64,000 bases of DNA from Patescibacteria group bacterium UBA3531 (GTDB lineage Bacteria > Patescibacteriota > Minisyncoccia > Phycocordibacterales > UBA3531), in the NCBI GenBank assembly GCA_002376885.1, contig DFOW01000004.1:1018-65017 (forward strand), written 5' to 3'. Shown here one piece after another: positions 26,733 through 36,971 of this stretch. Below the pieces are notes generated by a model, which worked only from the letters and a program-made list of their open reading frames with translations, did no database searches and was not told where the DNA came from. Both the position numbers and the translations under genes were made by a program. Every line of letters begins with the position of its first letter. Position 1 is the first letter of the stretch.

Positions 26733-29700
26733 TTATTCTTTTTTAAGTTCAATATCAAGCGCCAAACCTTTTAGTTCGTTCAAAAGCACCTTAAATGATG
26801 CTGGTAAGTTTGGTTGCTTAATTCGTTCTCCTTTGACAATTGAGTCAAAGGTCATGGCTCGACCCTGAATATCGTCTGATTTAATCGTAAGCATTTCACG
26901 CAAGGTATGCGCAGCACCGTATCCTTCAAGAGCCCACACCTCCATTTCTCCAAATCGTTGTCCTCCTCGTTGCGCCTTACCTCCCAAAGGTTGTTGCGTA
27001 ATCAAAGAGTACGGACCAATTGAACGCATGTGAATCTTGTCTTCCACCATATGGTGAAGTTTTAAGATATACATGTATCCAATAGCGATATCTTTATCAA
27101 ATTTCTCTCCGGTTTGTCCGTCGTAGAGTGTTACTTTTCCGCTTTCGTTGAATCCTGATTCTTTAAGTTCTTCTTTAATTTCATTAACACTCGCACCCAT
27201 AAATGACGGCGTGATGGCTTGGTAATCCAAAGTATGTGCTGCAAGTCCTAAGTGCATTTCAAGAATCTGACCCAAGTTCATTCGTGAAGGAACTCCGAGC
27301 GGTGTCAAAATAACATCAACGGGTGTTCCGTCTTCCATGTATGGCATGTCTTCTTCCGGAAGGATTCGAGAAATAACTCCCTTGTTTCCGTGTCGTCCTG
27401 CAAGCTTGTCTCCTACTGAAATGTTTCGTACTTGTGCAATCTCGATTCCAATAGCTTTAATAACTCCTGATTCAAGCTTGTCTCCTTTATCTCGAGAGAA
27501 TACTTTGACGCCAACAACTCGTCCTCGTTTTCCGTGTTCCATTCGGAGTGAAGTGTCTTTTACATCTCGAGCTTTTTCTCCAAAAATACTTCGGAGGAGT
27601 CGTTCTTCTGGAGTAAGTTCAGTTTCCCCCTTTGGAGTAATCTTTCCAACCAAGATATCTCCAGGGCCAACTTCTGCACCTACTCGGATAACACCTTCTT
27701 CATCCAAGTTTTTAAGTTTTGCTTCACTTACATTTGGAATATCGTGAGTAGTAACTTCTGGTCCTAGTTTTGTATCACGAACGTTTACCGTGAACTCTTC
27801 AATATGAATGGTTGAGAATACAGAGTTCTTTACCAATCGTTCAGAAATAATAATCGCGTCTTCGTAGTTTGCCCCCTCCCAACTCATGAAGGCAACAAAT
27901 GCATTTTGACCAAGCGCTAATTGCCCCTTATCACTTGAAGAGGTGTCTGCCAAAAGTTCTCCCTTCTTAACTTTTTGCCCCTTGTTAACTACCGCTCGGT
28001 GATGAAGTGCGGTAAATCCGTTGGTTCGTACATAATTCAAAAGAGTATACGTAGTTTCTTTTGTTCCCTTAACAACAATCTTTTGAGCATCAACTTCAGT
28101 TACGGTTCCTGCTTCTTTTGCATAGAGTAATCGCCCTGTATCTTTTGCAGCAACTTCCTCAACCCCTGTTGCAACAATTGGTGCTTCAGGAGTAAGACAT
28201 GGAGTTGCTTGTTTTTGCATGTTTGAACCCATGAGTGCTCGGTTTGCGTCGTCGTTTTCTAGAAACGGAATGGTGCTGGTTGCAATTGAGAATGCTTGGT
28301 TTGTTGCAACTTCTATATACTCAACTTCTTTTGCTTCCATAAAATGAGGTCGCCCATTAATACGACACTCAACAACGTCTCCTTCTAGTTTTCCTTTATC
28401 GTCGTAAGCAACGCCGGCATGTGCAATAACACTCTTTTCTTCTTCAAGAGCGGTGAGGTATACCAATTCATCGGTAATAACTCCCTTCTCTACTTTTCGG
28501 TACGGAGTTTCGATAACACCAAATTGATTGAGTCGCGCATATGACGCAAGACTCAAGATAAGACCGATGTTTGGTCCTTCTGGTGTTTGAATAGGACACA
28601 CTCGCCCATAGTGTGATGGGTGCACGTCTCGAACTTCAAGTCCTGCCCGTTCTCGGGTAAGTCCTCCGGGGCCAAGCGCTGAAAGACGTCGCAAGTGTTC
28701 AAGCTCTGCCAAAATGTTTTCTTGAGACATGAACTGACACAATTGGTTCGTATTAAAGAATTCTTTGATTCGCGCCTGGAATGGTCGTGGGTTAATTAGT
28801 TGGATGGGATTAGTAACCGTTGCATCAATAGTAGACATTCGGTCCTGAACTCCTCGTTTTAATTGGGTCAACCCAACTCGAAGCTTTCCTTGGATCAATT
28901 CTCCAACGGCTCGTACACGTCTGAGTCCCATGTGATCAATATCATCTGGTTCTGCACCAGGAGTATTATTGAGTTCAATAATATGAGAAACGATTGAGAC
29001 AATGTCATCGTAGGTAATTCCAGCGCTTTCTTCTCCTTTCTTTGTTCCAAATCGTTTATTAAATCGGTATCGTCCAACATCAGAAAGATCGTACTTTGCT
29101 TCACTAAAGAGATCTTGAATGAAGGTCTTCGCACTCGCTACGGTAATAAGTTCACTGTCTCTGATTTTTCGATACACCTCAACGAATGCTTCTTCTTGAG
29201 TTTTTGCGTGATCTTTTTCGAGTGTATTTTGAATATACGGAGTTTCGCTTTGTGCATCTTTAAACCTGTTTAAGATATGCTCGTCGCTTGTTTGTTCCCC
29301 TTCTCCTAACACACGCAAAAGAGCCGAAACTGGGAATTTTCGTTTTCGGTCGATTCGGACATAGATCGCATCATCTAAGTCAGTCTCAATTTCAATCCAT
29401 GCACCTCGTGCTGGAATAATTTTTGCACCAAAGCGTCGTTCTCCTCGAATGTCTTGAGCGGTAAAGAAGACTCCAAAGCTTCGTGCGAGTTGTGGAACCA
29501 CTACCTTCTCAACACCGTTAATAATGAAGGTTCCGTGATCCGTCATTAAAGGAAGATCTGCCAAGAAGAGCTCTTGCTCCTTTTCCTCTTTTAATGAAAG
29601 ATTCTTAAGTTTTACCCGAACCTTAAGCGGTGCATCGTATGAGAGGTTGTGTTCTTTTGCGTAATGCTCATCAAATTTTGGTTTTTCAAGCCATAAATCA

Positions 29701-29879
29701 GAAAACTCCAAATGGAATTTATTTTCTGAATAATCTTTGATAGGAGAAAAGTCTTTGAATGTTTCTTTAATTCCCTTCTCCAAAAGTGCCTCGTACGACT
29801 TAATTTGGGTTTCGACAAGGTTTGGAAGACCTGCAAGCGGGTCTTTATACTTACCGAAATGCTTTTGTTTTAGTTGCAT
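26733..29879 (-). CDS. rpoB: DNA-directed RNA polymerase subunit beta
   Basis: Full-length RpoB homology (1048 aa), directly upstream of rpoC. Confidence 0.97.
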   Translation of the reverse strand: MQLKQKHFGKYKDPLAGLPNLVETQIKSYEALLEKGIKETFKDFSPIKDYSENKFHLEFSDLWLEKPKFDEHYAKEHNLSYDAPLKVRVKLKNLSLKEEKEQELFLADLPLMTDHGTFIINGVEKVVVPQLARSFGVFFTAQDIRGERRFGAKIIPARGAWIEIETDLDDAIYVRIDRKRKFPVSALLRVLGEGEQTSDEHILNRFKDAQSETPYIQNTLEKDHAKTQEEAFVEVYRKIRDSELITVASAKTFIQDLFSEAKYDLSDVGRYRFNKRFGTKKGEESAGITYDDIVSIVSHIIELNNTPGAEPDDIDHMGLRRVRAVGELIQGKLRVGLTQLKRGVQDRMSTIDATVTNPIQLINPRPFQARIKEFFNTNQLCQFMSQENILAELEHLRRLSALGPGGLTRERAGLEVRDVHPSHYGRVCPIQTPEGPNIGLILSLASYARLNQFGVIETPYRKVEKGVITDELVYLTALEEEKSVIAHAGVAYDDKGKLEGDVVECRINGRPHFMEAKEVEYIEVATNQAFSIATSTIPFLENDDANRALMGSNMQKQATPCLTPEAPIVATGVEEVAAKDTGRLLYAKEAGTVTEVDAQKIVVKGTKETTYTLLNYVRTNGFTALHHRAVVNKGQKVKKGELLADTSSSDKGQLALGQNAFVAFMSWEGANYEDAIIISERLVKNSVFSTIHIEEFTVNVRDTKLGPEVTTHDIPNVSEAKLKNLDEEGVIRVGAEVGPGDILVGKITPKGETELTPEERLLRSIFGEKARDVKDTSLRMEHGKRGRVVGVKVFSRDKGDKLESGVIKAIGIEIAQVRNISVGDKLAGRHGNKGVISRILPEEDMPYMEDGTPVDVILTPLGVPSRMNLGQILEMHLGLAAHTLDYQAITPSFMGASVNEIKEELKESGFNESGKVTLYDGQTGEKFDKDIAIGYMYILKLHHMVEDKIHMRSIGPYSLITQQPLGGKAQRGGQRFGEMEVWALEGYGAAHTLREMLTIKSDDIQGRAMTFDSIVKGERIKQPNLPASFKVLLNELKGLALDIELKKE

Positions 29880-30149
29880 TACGCGTTTTATGTTTATCTG
29901 CGGCTAATAAAGCGGAGTGCAAAATGCACCCGAGAAAAAGAAACGCCCCGTGACCCTAATGCGAGGCATTCAACTATGTATTTGTTTATGAAAAGACAGT
30001 ATTCCTCTTATTAAAAATGTCTATGTAGGGACAGCCTGAAAGAATATCAAACGAGGCCGAGCTCTACAAGGGTTCACACAAGTATATTGAAAATGGCTAT
30101 CTGTGTCAAGAATTTAGCTTTAAAATTGGACTCTCTTGTGGATAACCCA

Positions 30150-30785
30150 CTATTTTCCTTTTTCTCTCCACTCGTCAATTTTCTTATGATCCCCCGAAAG
30201 AAGCACCTTGGGCACTTTATGATTCTTTTTCTTCCAGGTAAGAGTCTCTGGCCGAGTGTAGACATCGCGCCCCGCTACTCTGTTTTCTTCTACAGATTCT
30301 TTGTCTCCCAACACACCGGGAATGTGGCGAGACACAGCATCAATAACAATATTGGTTGGGAGCTCTCCTCCTGTTAAAACGTAATCCCCTATTGAATAAA
30401 CTGTTGGTTTTAAAACTTTCTCCACTCGCGCATCAATACCTTCGTAACGTCCTGAAATTAAAATAAGATGTTTTTCTTTAGCAAGTTTTTGTGCATCTTT
30501 GTTGGTAAATTTTTTACCACGGGGAGAAAAGAGGATTACCTTTGCCTTCTTCAGCCCTTTTGCTTTTTGCACGGCACGTAAAATTGGCTCGGCTGTCATA
30601 ACCATTCCTGGGCCGCCACCGTATGGAATATTGTCTACCTTTTTATGTTTATCCTTCGTAAAATCACGAGGGTTGTAATATGAAATTTTTATTTTCTTGC
30701 TCTTTTGTGCCCGACCCAAGATAGACTCGTTTACATACGAGGAAATCATCTCAGGGAAAATAGCAACTGCGTGAAAATGAATCAT
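30150..30785 (-). CDS. trmD: tRNA (guanine37-N1)-methyltransferase
   Basis: TrmD SPOUT-fold motifs (GGGPGMV... and LSGDH). Confidence 0.85.
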   Translation of the reverse strand: MIHFHAVAIFPEMISSYVNESILGRAQKSKKIKISYYNPRDFTKDKHKKVDNIPYGGGPGMVMTAEPILRAVQKAKGLKKAKVILFSPRGKKFTNKDAQKLAKEKHLILISGRYEGIDARVEKVLKPTVYSIGDYVLTGGELPTNIVIDAVSRHIPGVLGDKESVEENRVAGRDVYTRPETLTWKKKNHKVPKVLLSGDHKKIDEWREKGK

Positions 30786-30845
30786 ACTTCAAAACAAAAA
30801 CCGCACATCAGGGTGAGGGGCGGTTTTTGTTGTAGTTTTAAGAGT

Positions 30846-31154
30846 CTATACTTTTAGGTCTTGCATTGCTTCATCAACGCTTGCTGCTGCTGACTTAGCT
30901 CCACCTTCTGGTTCGTTAATCTTAAGGGTCACTCGTGCTTGATGCTTCATTCCCACTACCCGAAGGAGGGTTCTGATAGCCTTAGCGGTGTTTCCCTTCT
31001 TCCCGATCACCTTACCCATGTCTTCTGGGTTAAGGTCAAGAATGAGAAGGACTCCCATTTCATCAACCGTTCGGTCGATTTTTACATCTTCCGGATGGTC
31101 AACAAGTGACTTGATAACGAACTCAAGAAACTCCTGATCAGATACTTCTGCCAT
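30846..31154 (-). CDS. KH-domain RNA-binding protein (KhpA/YlqC-like)
   Basis: GKVIGKKGNTAKAIRTLL KH motif in an rpsP-khpA-trmD arrangement. Confidence 0.8.
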   Translation of the reverse strand: MAEVSDQEFLEFVIKSLVDHPEDVKIDRTVDEMGVLLILDLNPEDMGKVIGKKGNTAKAIRTLLRVVGMKHQARVTLKINEPEGGAKSAAASVDEAMQDLKV

Positions 31155-31269
31155 GTCTTCCTTGGTTTTCTAGTAAATCTAAACGTATCTCTTCGACCCC
31201 TTTACTATAATACTGTATAACAAAAATATACCAGAGGAGGGGCATTTGTCAAAACAAAAAAAGAGGAGT

Positions 31270-31764
31270 TTATTCCTCTTTTTTCTCCTCTTCTTTTGGT
31301 TCCTCTGGCTTTTCCTCTTCAGCTGGTTTTTCTTCTTCCTGAGGCTCTTCCTTCTTTTCTTCAGTTTCAGCAGGCGCGTCTTCTTTATTTTCTTCTGTTG
31401 GAGCTTCAGCGTCTCCCTCAGTCTTTACTTCTTCCTGCGCAGTTTCTGCTTCTGGAGTTTGTTCGGTCGCAGGTTCTTCAGACTCTTCTTTTGGTTTTCG
31501 TTTTGGAAGAACGTTACGTTTACCCCCTTCTACGATTTTTTCATCTACTAAAAAGTTATGGAGTGTACCAGACACTTGGGCCCCTTGCCCCATCCAGTAC
31601 TTGATTCGTTCGCTGTTAAGTTCGCGCTTGCCTTGTTTTGCATCATACCATCCAAGCTTTTCTACAATCTTCCCGCTCTTTGGTCCGGTAGTGTGTTCAG
31701 CAACAATAACCCGGAATACCGGGTCGTGCTTTCGTCCAGTTCGTTGCATTCGAATCTTTAACAT
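31270..31764 (-). CDS. rpsP: 30S ribosomal protein S16 with a long acidic, Glu/Lys/Pro-rich C-terminal extension
   Basis: MLKIRMQRTGRKHDPVFRVIVAEH S16 core followed by an ~80-aa EEK-rich tail. Confidence 0.9.
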   Translation of the reverse strand: MLKIRMQRTGRKHDPVFRVIVAEHTTGPKSGKIVEKLGWYDAKQGKRELNSERIKYWMGQGAQVSGTLHNFLVDEKIVEGGKRNVLPKRKPKEESEEPATEQTPEAETAQEEVKTEGDAEAPTEENKEDAPAETEEKKEEPQEEEKPAEEEKPEEPKEEEKKEE

Positions 31765-31849
31765 ACCAGAGGATAGTACCAGATGAGCGCATATGGGTCA
31801 ATAGAGCCCTCTTTGCTTCAAGGGCGTACTCTGGTATCGTTACGGGAGT

Positions 31850-33799
31850 ATGCCAAAGGCACAACCTAAGAAAAAGGAGAGTGTAGAAGGAGCCCTACGA
31901 ATCGGGCCCTCTTTTGTTGGATACCTTGCTCACCCAACGTTTGACACTGAAATTGAAATTCCCAACGAATCCCTCAAAGGAGCCTTGCCGGGAGACACTG
32001 TCGTAGTTCAACTAACCGGTAAGCAAAAAACATCAGGACACTTTGGAAAAGTCACTAAAATCGTTACCCGAAAACGAAGTTCGTTTGTAGGGACACTTCG
32101 TAAAGTCGGACGATCATTTGTAGTACTACCTGACAATGAACGCATTTACCAAAAGATAATGGTTTCTAAAAAAGAGTTGGCTGGAGCAAAGTCAGGATCA
32201 AAAGTAGTGGCAAAAGTAAAAACCTGGGGAAAGCCCGATGAGCCCATCATGGCGAGCATCGACAAGATACTTGGGAAACCCGGACAACACGAAACCGAAA
32301 TGCTTTCGATTCTTTACGATAAAGAATTTACTCCCGACTTTCCGTCTGATGTAGAAAAAGAAGCAAAAGCCGTTCGTTCGTACTTACAAAACGAAGATAT
32401 TAAAAAACGGAAAGACTTTAGAGGCACCACCACCTTCACTATCGACCCCGTAGACGCAAAAGACTTTGATGATGCCTTATCTGTTAAAAAACTCGACAAT
32501 AATTTGTTTGAGGTAGGTATCCATATTGCAGACGTTACCTATTTTGTTCGCCCAGGAACACGACTTGACCAAGAAGGAGCCAAGCGTGCTACCAGCATTT
32601 ATCTTGTAGACAGAACCATCCCCATGCTCCCTGAAACACTTTCAAACGACCTATGTAGTTTAAACCCGAACGAAGAAAAGCTCGCCTTTTCAGCAGTATT
32701 TCAAATGGATAAAGATGGAAACATTCATAAAGAATGGTTTGGACGAACACGAATCAAATCAGATAAACGATTCACCTATGAGAACGCTCAAAAAACTCTC
32801 GATACAAAAAAGGGAGAATTTTATGAGGAGCTCACCATCTTAAATAATCTCGCTAAAAAACTTCGGAAAGAAAAGTTTAAAAAAGGAGCCATTGCCTTTG
32901 AAAGCAAAGAGCTTCGCTTTGAGCTGGACGAGAAAATGCGTCCCGTAAAGATCATTAAAAAAGACAGGCTCGACACTCATATGCTTGTTGAGGACTTCAT
33001 GCTTTTGGCTAATAAAAAAGTAACTGAATATGTAGATCGCCTTGAAAAGCGCTCAAAAGTAAAACATCATTTTATTTACCGAGTACATGATCAACCTGAT
33101 GAAGAAAAGATTGAGCGTGTCTTGGATCTTCTTAAAAAACTTGGTCACGAGATCCACAGAAAAGGAAAAAAGATTACCTCATACGATATCAATACTATTT
33201 TGGCCAAAGTAGCAGGGACTCCAGAAGAAAACTTGATTCAAACCGCCATGGTGCGTTCAATGGCAAAAGCAGAGTACACTACCAAAAACATTGGTCACTT
33301 TGGACTCGCCTTCCCGTTTTATACGCACTTTACGTCCCCCATCAGACGTTACCCCGACGTTATGGTGCACCGGCTCCTTGAAAAATATTTACATAACGAG
33401 AACGTATCAAAACAAGAAGTTGAGCGATACCAAGAGCTCTCACTCCACTCTTCCCAACGCGAGAGAGTTGCAGAAGAAGCAGAACGCGAAAGCAAAAAGT
33501 ACAAACAAGCAGAGTATATGTCCTTCCATGTTGGAGAAGAATTTACGGGGACTATTTCTGGTGTGACTCGATTTGGAATGTTTGTACAAGAAAACGAGAC
33601 TCTTGCCGAAGGACTTGTTGCCATGAGGAGCTTAGGAGATGACTATTACTCATACGACGAATCAAATCTTTCTCTTGTAGGAGAAAAAACAAAAAGAAAA
33701 TTCCAACTGGGAGATACCGTAAAAATTAAAGTTAAAAAAGTGGATGTACGAAAACGCCAAATTGATTACGTATTAGTAGAAGAAAAAAATAAGAAATAG
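31850..33799 (+). CDS. rnr: Ribonuclease R (RNB family 3'-5' exoribonuclease)
   Basis: RNB catalytic domain and C-terminal S1 domain in a 649-aa protein. Confidence 0.9.
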   Translation: MPKAQPKKKESVEGALRIGPSFVGYLAHPTFDTEIEIPNESLKGALPGDTVVVQLTGKQKTSGHFGKVTKIVTRKRSSFVGTLRKVGRSFVVLPDNERIYQKIMVSKKELAGAKSGSKVVAKVKTWGKPDEPIMASIDKILGKPGQHETEMLSILYDKEFTPDFPSDVEKEAKAVRSYLQNEDIKKRKDFRGTTTFTIDPVDAKDFDDALSVKKLDNNLFEVGIHIADVTYFVRPGTRLDQEGAKRATSIYLVDRTIPMLPETLSNDLCSLNPNEEKLAFSAVFQMDKDGNIHKEWFGRTRIKSDKRFTYENAQKTLDTKKGEFYEELTILNNLAKKLRKEKFKKGAIAFESKELRFELDEKMRPVKIIKKDRLDTHMLVEDFMLLANKKVTEYVDRLEKRSKVKHHFIYRVHDQPDEEKIERVLDLLKKLGHEIHRKGKKITSYDINTILAKVAGTPEENLIQTAMVRSMAKAEYTTKNIGHFGLAFPFYTHFTSPIRRYPDVMVHRLLEKYLHNENVSKQEVERYQELSLHSSQRERVAEEAERESKKYKQAEYMSFHVGEEFTGTISGVTRFGMFVQENETLAEGLVAMRSLGDDYYSYDESNLSLVGEKTKRKFQLGDTVKIKVKKVDVRKRQIDYVLVEEKNKK

Positions 33800-33839
33800 A
33801 AAAAGCCCCGCTTCCGCGAGGCTTGGATCCTCCCTCTCA

Positions 33840-33915
33840 TGGAATGCCCGGCTGGATTCGAACCAGCGACCTTCACGTTGGCAACGTGACGCTCTTGCCA
33901 CTAAGCTACGGGCAT
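33840..33915 (-). tRNA. tRNA-Gly(GCC), CCA encoded
   Basis: Cloverleaf: ATGCCCG acceptor, anticodon loop TTGCCAA, T-loop TTCGAAT. Confidence 0.85.
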
Positions 33916-33929
33916 CCATGAGAAAGAAG

Positions 33930-34003
33930 TGGCTCCCCCGGTTGGAGTCGAACCAACACCTTCGCCCCCACAGGGCGATGCTCTGCACTGAGCTACGGGG
34001 GAG
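33930..34003 (-). tRNA. tRNA-His(GUG), CCA encoded
   Basis: Anticodon loop CTGTGGG, D-arm GCTCAGTGCAGAGC, T-loop TTCGACT. Confidence 0.8.
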
Positions 34004-34053
34004 TAGCGGCTTTTGATACTACAGAAAAGCATTTTTAGTGTCAACAGAACTTT

Positions 34054-34082
34054 ATTGACTTTGAATACAAGAGGAGTAGAAA
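34054..34082 (+). promoter_or_regulatory. Sigma-70-like promoter (TTGACT-16-TAGAAA) for a GC-rich two-gene cassette
   Basis: Hexamers directly upstream of SD GGAGG and the ATG at 34103. Confidence 0.35.
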
Positions 34083-34102
34083 TAAAGGTGGAGGAAGTCG
34101 CC

Positions 34103-34306
34103 ATGCGCTGGGCAAGCCAAACTGTTTCAGATGAAGAGCGGGATGCGCTCGATGCAGCGCTTCACGCAACCGAAGGTCTCGGTGAAGACGATCTGTCGAC
34201 GAAAAACATGAGGCGTGCAATGTTCGTTCTGCTCATTGTCGCTGCTCTCGTGATTGGACTCGGCGTCATCAAGCCGGCACTCGAGAACGGTGGATCATTC
34301 CTGTAA
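34103..34306 (+). CDS. GC-rich cassette gene: small single-TM protein
   Basis: MRWASQTVSDEERDALDAAL...FVLLIVAALVIGLGVI with SD GGAGG. About 60% GC. Confidence 0.4.
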   Translation: MRWASQTVSDEERDALDAALHATEGLGEDDLSTKNMRRAMFVLLIVAALVIGLGVIKPALENGGSFL

Positions 34307-34317
34307 AGGAGGGCCAA

Positions 34318-34524
34318 ATGTTCCGAGCAAAGACTAGCAACCCCAATGAATGGGGCTGGGGCGGGGGCAGGTACGCCGACTACGAGGAAGAAGAGCCGTT
34401 CTACCTCGTGGACGCCGTGATCGTTCTCGTTGCGGTGTGCGCATACGGCGTATGGTGGCTCATCTCTACGCCGTTCAAGAAGGCGCGTGCCGCCATCGTC
34501 AACCGCCGCGCGCGGAACTGCTAG
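34318..34524 (+). CDS. GC-rich cassette gene: small single-TM protein
   Basis: MFRAKTSNPNEWGWGGGRYADYEEEEPFYLVDAVIVLVAVCAYGVWWLI. About 62% GC. Confidence 0.4.
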   Translation: MFRAKTSNPNEWGWGGGRYADYEEEEPFYLVDAVIVLVAVCAYGVWWLISTPFKKARAAIVNRRARNC

Positions 34525-34581
34525 CCAAAGGGCGCGAACGTTCATTCGTTCGCGCCCTTGCTGTATATTTTCCAACGTTAC

Positions 34582-34690
34582 GTTTTTAAGAGCTCTCGGA
34601 GCCCGAGCGGGCTGGTATCCGCAGGATGAGTGAGGGCGAGAGCGAGAAAAAAATTCCCGCCGGGGAATTTTATTTCGTGTCTTAAAAATG
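34582..34690 (+). repeat. MITE-like GC-rich repeat, copy B
   Basis: AAGAGCTCTCGGAGCCCGAGCGGGCTGG...GAGTGAGGGCGAGAGCGAG plus the aattcccgccggggaatt hairpin. Flanked by inverted TTTTTAAGA. Confidence 0.65.
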
Positions 34691-34703
34691 TAATGTTAGC
34701 TTC

Positions 34704-36932
34704 CTATTTCGCAATCTTCACTGCCTCGTCAAATTTAACCGAAAGCATTTTTGAAATTCCATCACTCCCCATGGTTACTCCATAGAGGACACCTGCTCGA
34801 GACATGGTCTCTCTGTTGTGAGTAATAATAATTAACTGTGCATGACGTGCTAAGTTTTCAAGCATGTCTCCGTATTTACGAGAGTTTGCTTCGTCGAGCG
34901 CTGCATCGGTTTCATCGAGTACCAAAAACGGAGGCGGGTTAACCTGACTCATTGCAAACAAAAGTGCAATTGAAGTCAGCGCACGTTCCCCACCAGAGAG
35001 CATTTCAAGCCCCCGGATTTTTTTACGTGGAAGGTTTACCGAAATATCAATTCCCTCTTCAAACTCTTCTTCGTCTCCGCCAAGTTGTGCAAGCTCTTCT
35101 TCGCTCTTTAACTTTCCGATGCGAGCAAACTGGAGCCCTGCCTTCCCTCCCCCAAACATGAGCTCGAAGAACTTTTGGAATTCAATATTAATTTTTCCGA
35201 TTCCTTTTTTAAATTCAACTTCAAGTTTTTCTTCAAGATCTTTAATAACTTCTTTAAGAGACCCTTCGCTCTTTGTTAAATCTTCGATTTCTTTTTCTAA
35301 AAATTCATCTCGGCCTTTGATTTCCTCATATTCACCAAGCATAGCGTCCCCTGCAGGGCCAATTTCTTCAATACGAATCTTTAATCGTTCAATCTCTTTT
35401 TTGGTAACTGCGGCCCCGCTTGAAGAATCCCAGCCGTCTCCTCCATCTTTTTTAAAGATTGCTTCAAGTTCGTTTTTACCCTCTTCCCCATAGATTCTCC
35501 CTGCTTCATGAAGCTCATGCTCTACTTCTCGATCGCGTATTCCAAGAGCTTCTTCGCGTCCCTTGAGCGCTTCAAGTCCTGCTAGAAGCTCTGCGCGTTT
35601 TTCTTTTGCTTCAAAATATTCACGCTCCTTTGTCATTCGTTCTTTTGCTTTTTGGGTAAGCTCACCCTTGAGTGCCTCCAAACGGTCCAGCAGCTCTTTT
35701 TCTGACTCTCCTATTTTTTTGATGTCGTCTTCAAGCTTTTCTTTTTCGCCCCTCAATTTTTCAAGCTCTTCGTTTATAGCTTCACCAATAGAGCTCTCTT
35801 CGCTATCAATATTTTCTTCTTTAAACGACATAAGCGCATAGCGAATCTCTTCAAGTCCAGAAACAGCTTCGTCAAGTGTCGAAGAAGATTTTGCATCTTC
35901 AATAATTCGTTCGAGCTCGTCAATAAAACTCCCTACATTTACTGCTGGGAGCATATGTTCTCCATTATCACTTCCTGGCGTCTCTGCTTCACGCTCTTTC
36001 AGCTCAACAATACCTTCAAGACGCCCGAGCATTCGGGCAAGTTCGTCTTTTTTACTACGGAGATCGTGGAGGGATTTTTCGATCCCCAATTGTTCTTCGC
36101 TTACTTCTTCTTGATCGGTTCCACCTCTTTTTGAATCAAGTTCGTCAATTACTTTTTCAATCTTTCCGAGTTCGTCTTCTGGATGCTTCCGTTCTTTTTC
36201 GATCTCTTTTTTACTTTCGATGATGTATGCCCCCTCTTTTTTAAAGAATTCTTTATAGAGACCAAGTAGCTCATCTTTAAGTGCTTTTGCCTTTTCAATC
36301 TTCTCTGCTTCTTTTTGAAGGAACCGTAAATGCCCCCCAATCTCACGACGGAGCGACTGTGCCTCTTTTATGTTTTCTTTTGTTTTGGTGAGTTTTTTAC
36401 CACTCTCTTCAATCTTCCAATGGTACACACGAAGCCCAAGCGCATCCTCAATCATTCCGCGTCTATCTTTTAATGATGCTCCTAAAATCCTATCAGCCTC
36501 GTTTTGGCTAATAATGTGGTGGCTGGATGCACCAAGAGAAACTTGCGAAAGAAGTTCGATAATGTCTCGCAGTCGTACCTTACTCCCATTTATTGAGTAT
36601 TCGTTTGCGCCGTCACGATACACTACACGCTCGATAGCAACTTCTGGGAAGTCGATATCAAACTGTTTTTTACTATTATCAAAAACAAGTGTTACGCTTG
36701 CCCGGTTCATTCGGGTTGCTCCACCACCACCATTAAAAATAAGATCTTCTCCTTTTTTACCCCGGAGCGACTTCATTGACTGCTCCCCGAGCGTCCAACG
36801 AAACGCCTCTGCAATGTTTGATTTACCAGATCCATTAGGACCCACAATAGCCGAGACCGGTGAGTCAAAATCGAGAACTGTTTTTTTAGCAAATGATTTA
36901 AAGCCGTTTAATTCCAGCCGTTTTAGATACAT
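34704..36932 (-). CDS. smc: SMC-like chromosome segregation ATPase (short, 742 aa)
   Basis: N-terminal Walker A GPNGSGKSN, coiled coil, C-terminal LSGGERALT signature and Walker B FLVLDETDAALD. It is shorter than the canonical ~1180-aa SMC. Confidence 0.8.
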   Translation of the reverse strand: MYLKRLELNGFKSFAKKTVLDFDSPVSAIVGPNGSGKSNIAEAFRWTLGEQSMKSLRGKKGEDLIFNGGGGATRMNRASVTLVFDNSKKQFDIDFPEVAIERVVYRDGANEYSINGSKVRLRDIIELLSQVSLGASSHHIISQNEADRILGASLKDRRGMIEDALGLRVYHWKIEESGKKLTKTKENIKEAQSLRREIGGHLRFLQKEAEKIEKAKALKDELLGLYKEFFKKEGAYIIESKKEIEKERKHPEDELGKIEKVIDELDSKRGGTDQEEVSEEQLGIEKSLHDLRSKKDELARMLGRLEGIVELKEREAETPGSDNGEHMLPAVNVGSFIDELERIIEDAKSSSTLDEAVSGLEEIRYALMSFKEENIDSEESSIGEAINEELEKLRGEKEKLEDDIKKIGESEKELLDRLEALKGELTQKAKERMTKEREYFEAKEKRAELLAGLEALKGREEALGIRDREVEHELHEAGRIYGEEGKNELEAIFKKDGGDGWDSSSGAAVTKKEIERLKIRIEEIGPAGDAMLGEYEEIKGRDEFLEKEIEDLTKSEGSLKEVIKDLEEKLEVEFKKGIGKINIEFQKFFELMFGGGKAGLQFARIGKLKSEEELAQLGGDEEEFEEGIDISVNLPRKKIRGLEMLSGGERALTSIALLFAMSQVNPPPFLVLDETDAALDEANSRKYGDMLENLARHAQLIIITHNRETMSRAGVLYGVTMGSDGISKMLSVKFDEAVKIAK

Positions 36933-36971
36933 AGTTTATTCACTCTATCAGGAGACCCTTCTAACCTCAAG

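Noticed and set aside
23123-29836. Numerous 60-140-aa ORFs on the plus strand inside rpoC and rpoB
   Set aside because: Antisense to unambiguous full-length RNA polymerase subunit genes. No independent signals.
31246-31604. Plus-strand ORFs antisense to the rpsP acidic tail
   Set aside because: Low-complexity antisense translation of the EEK-rich repeat region.
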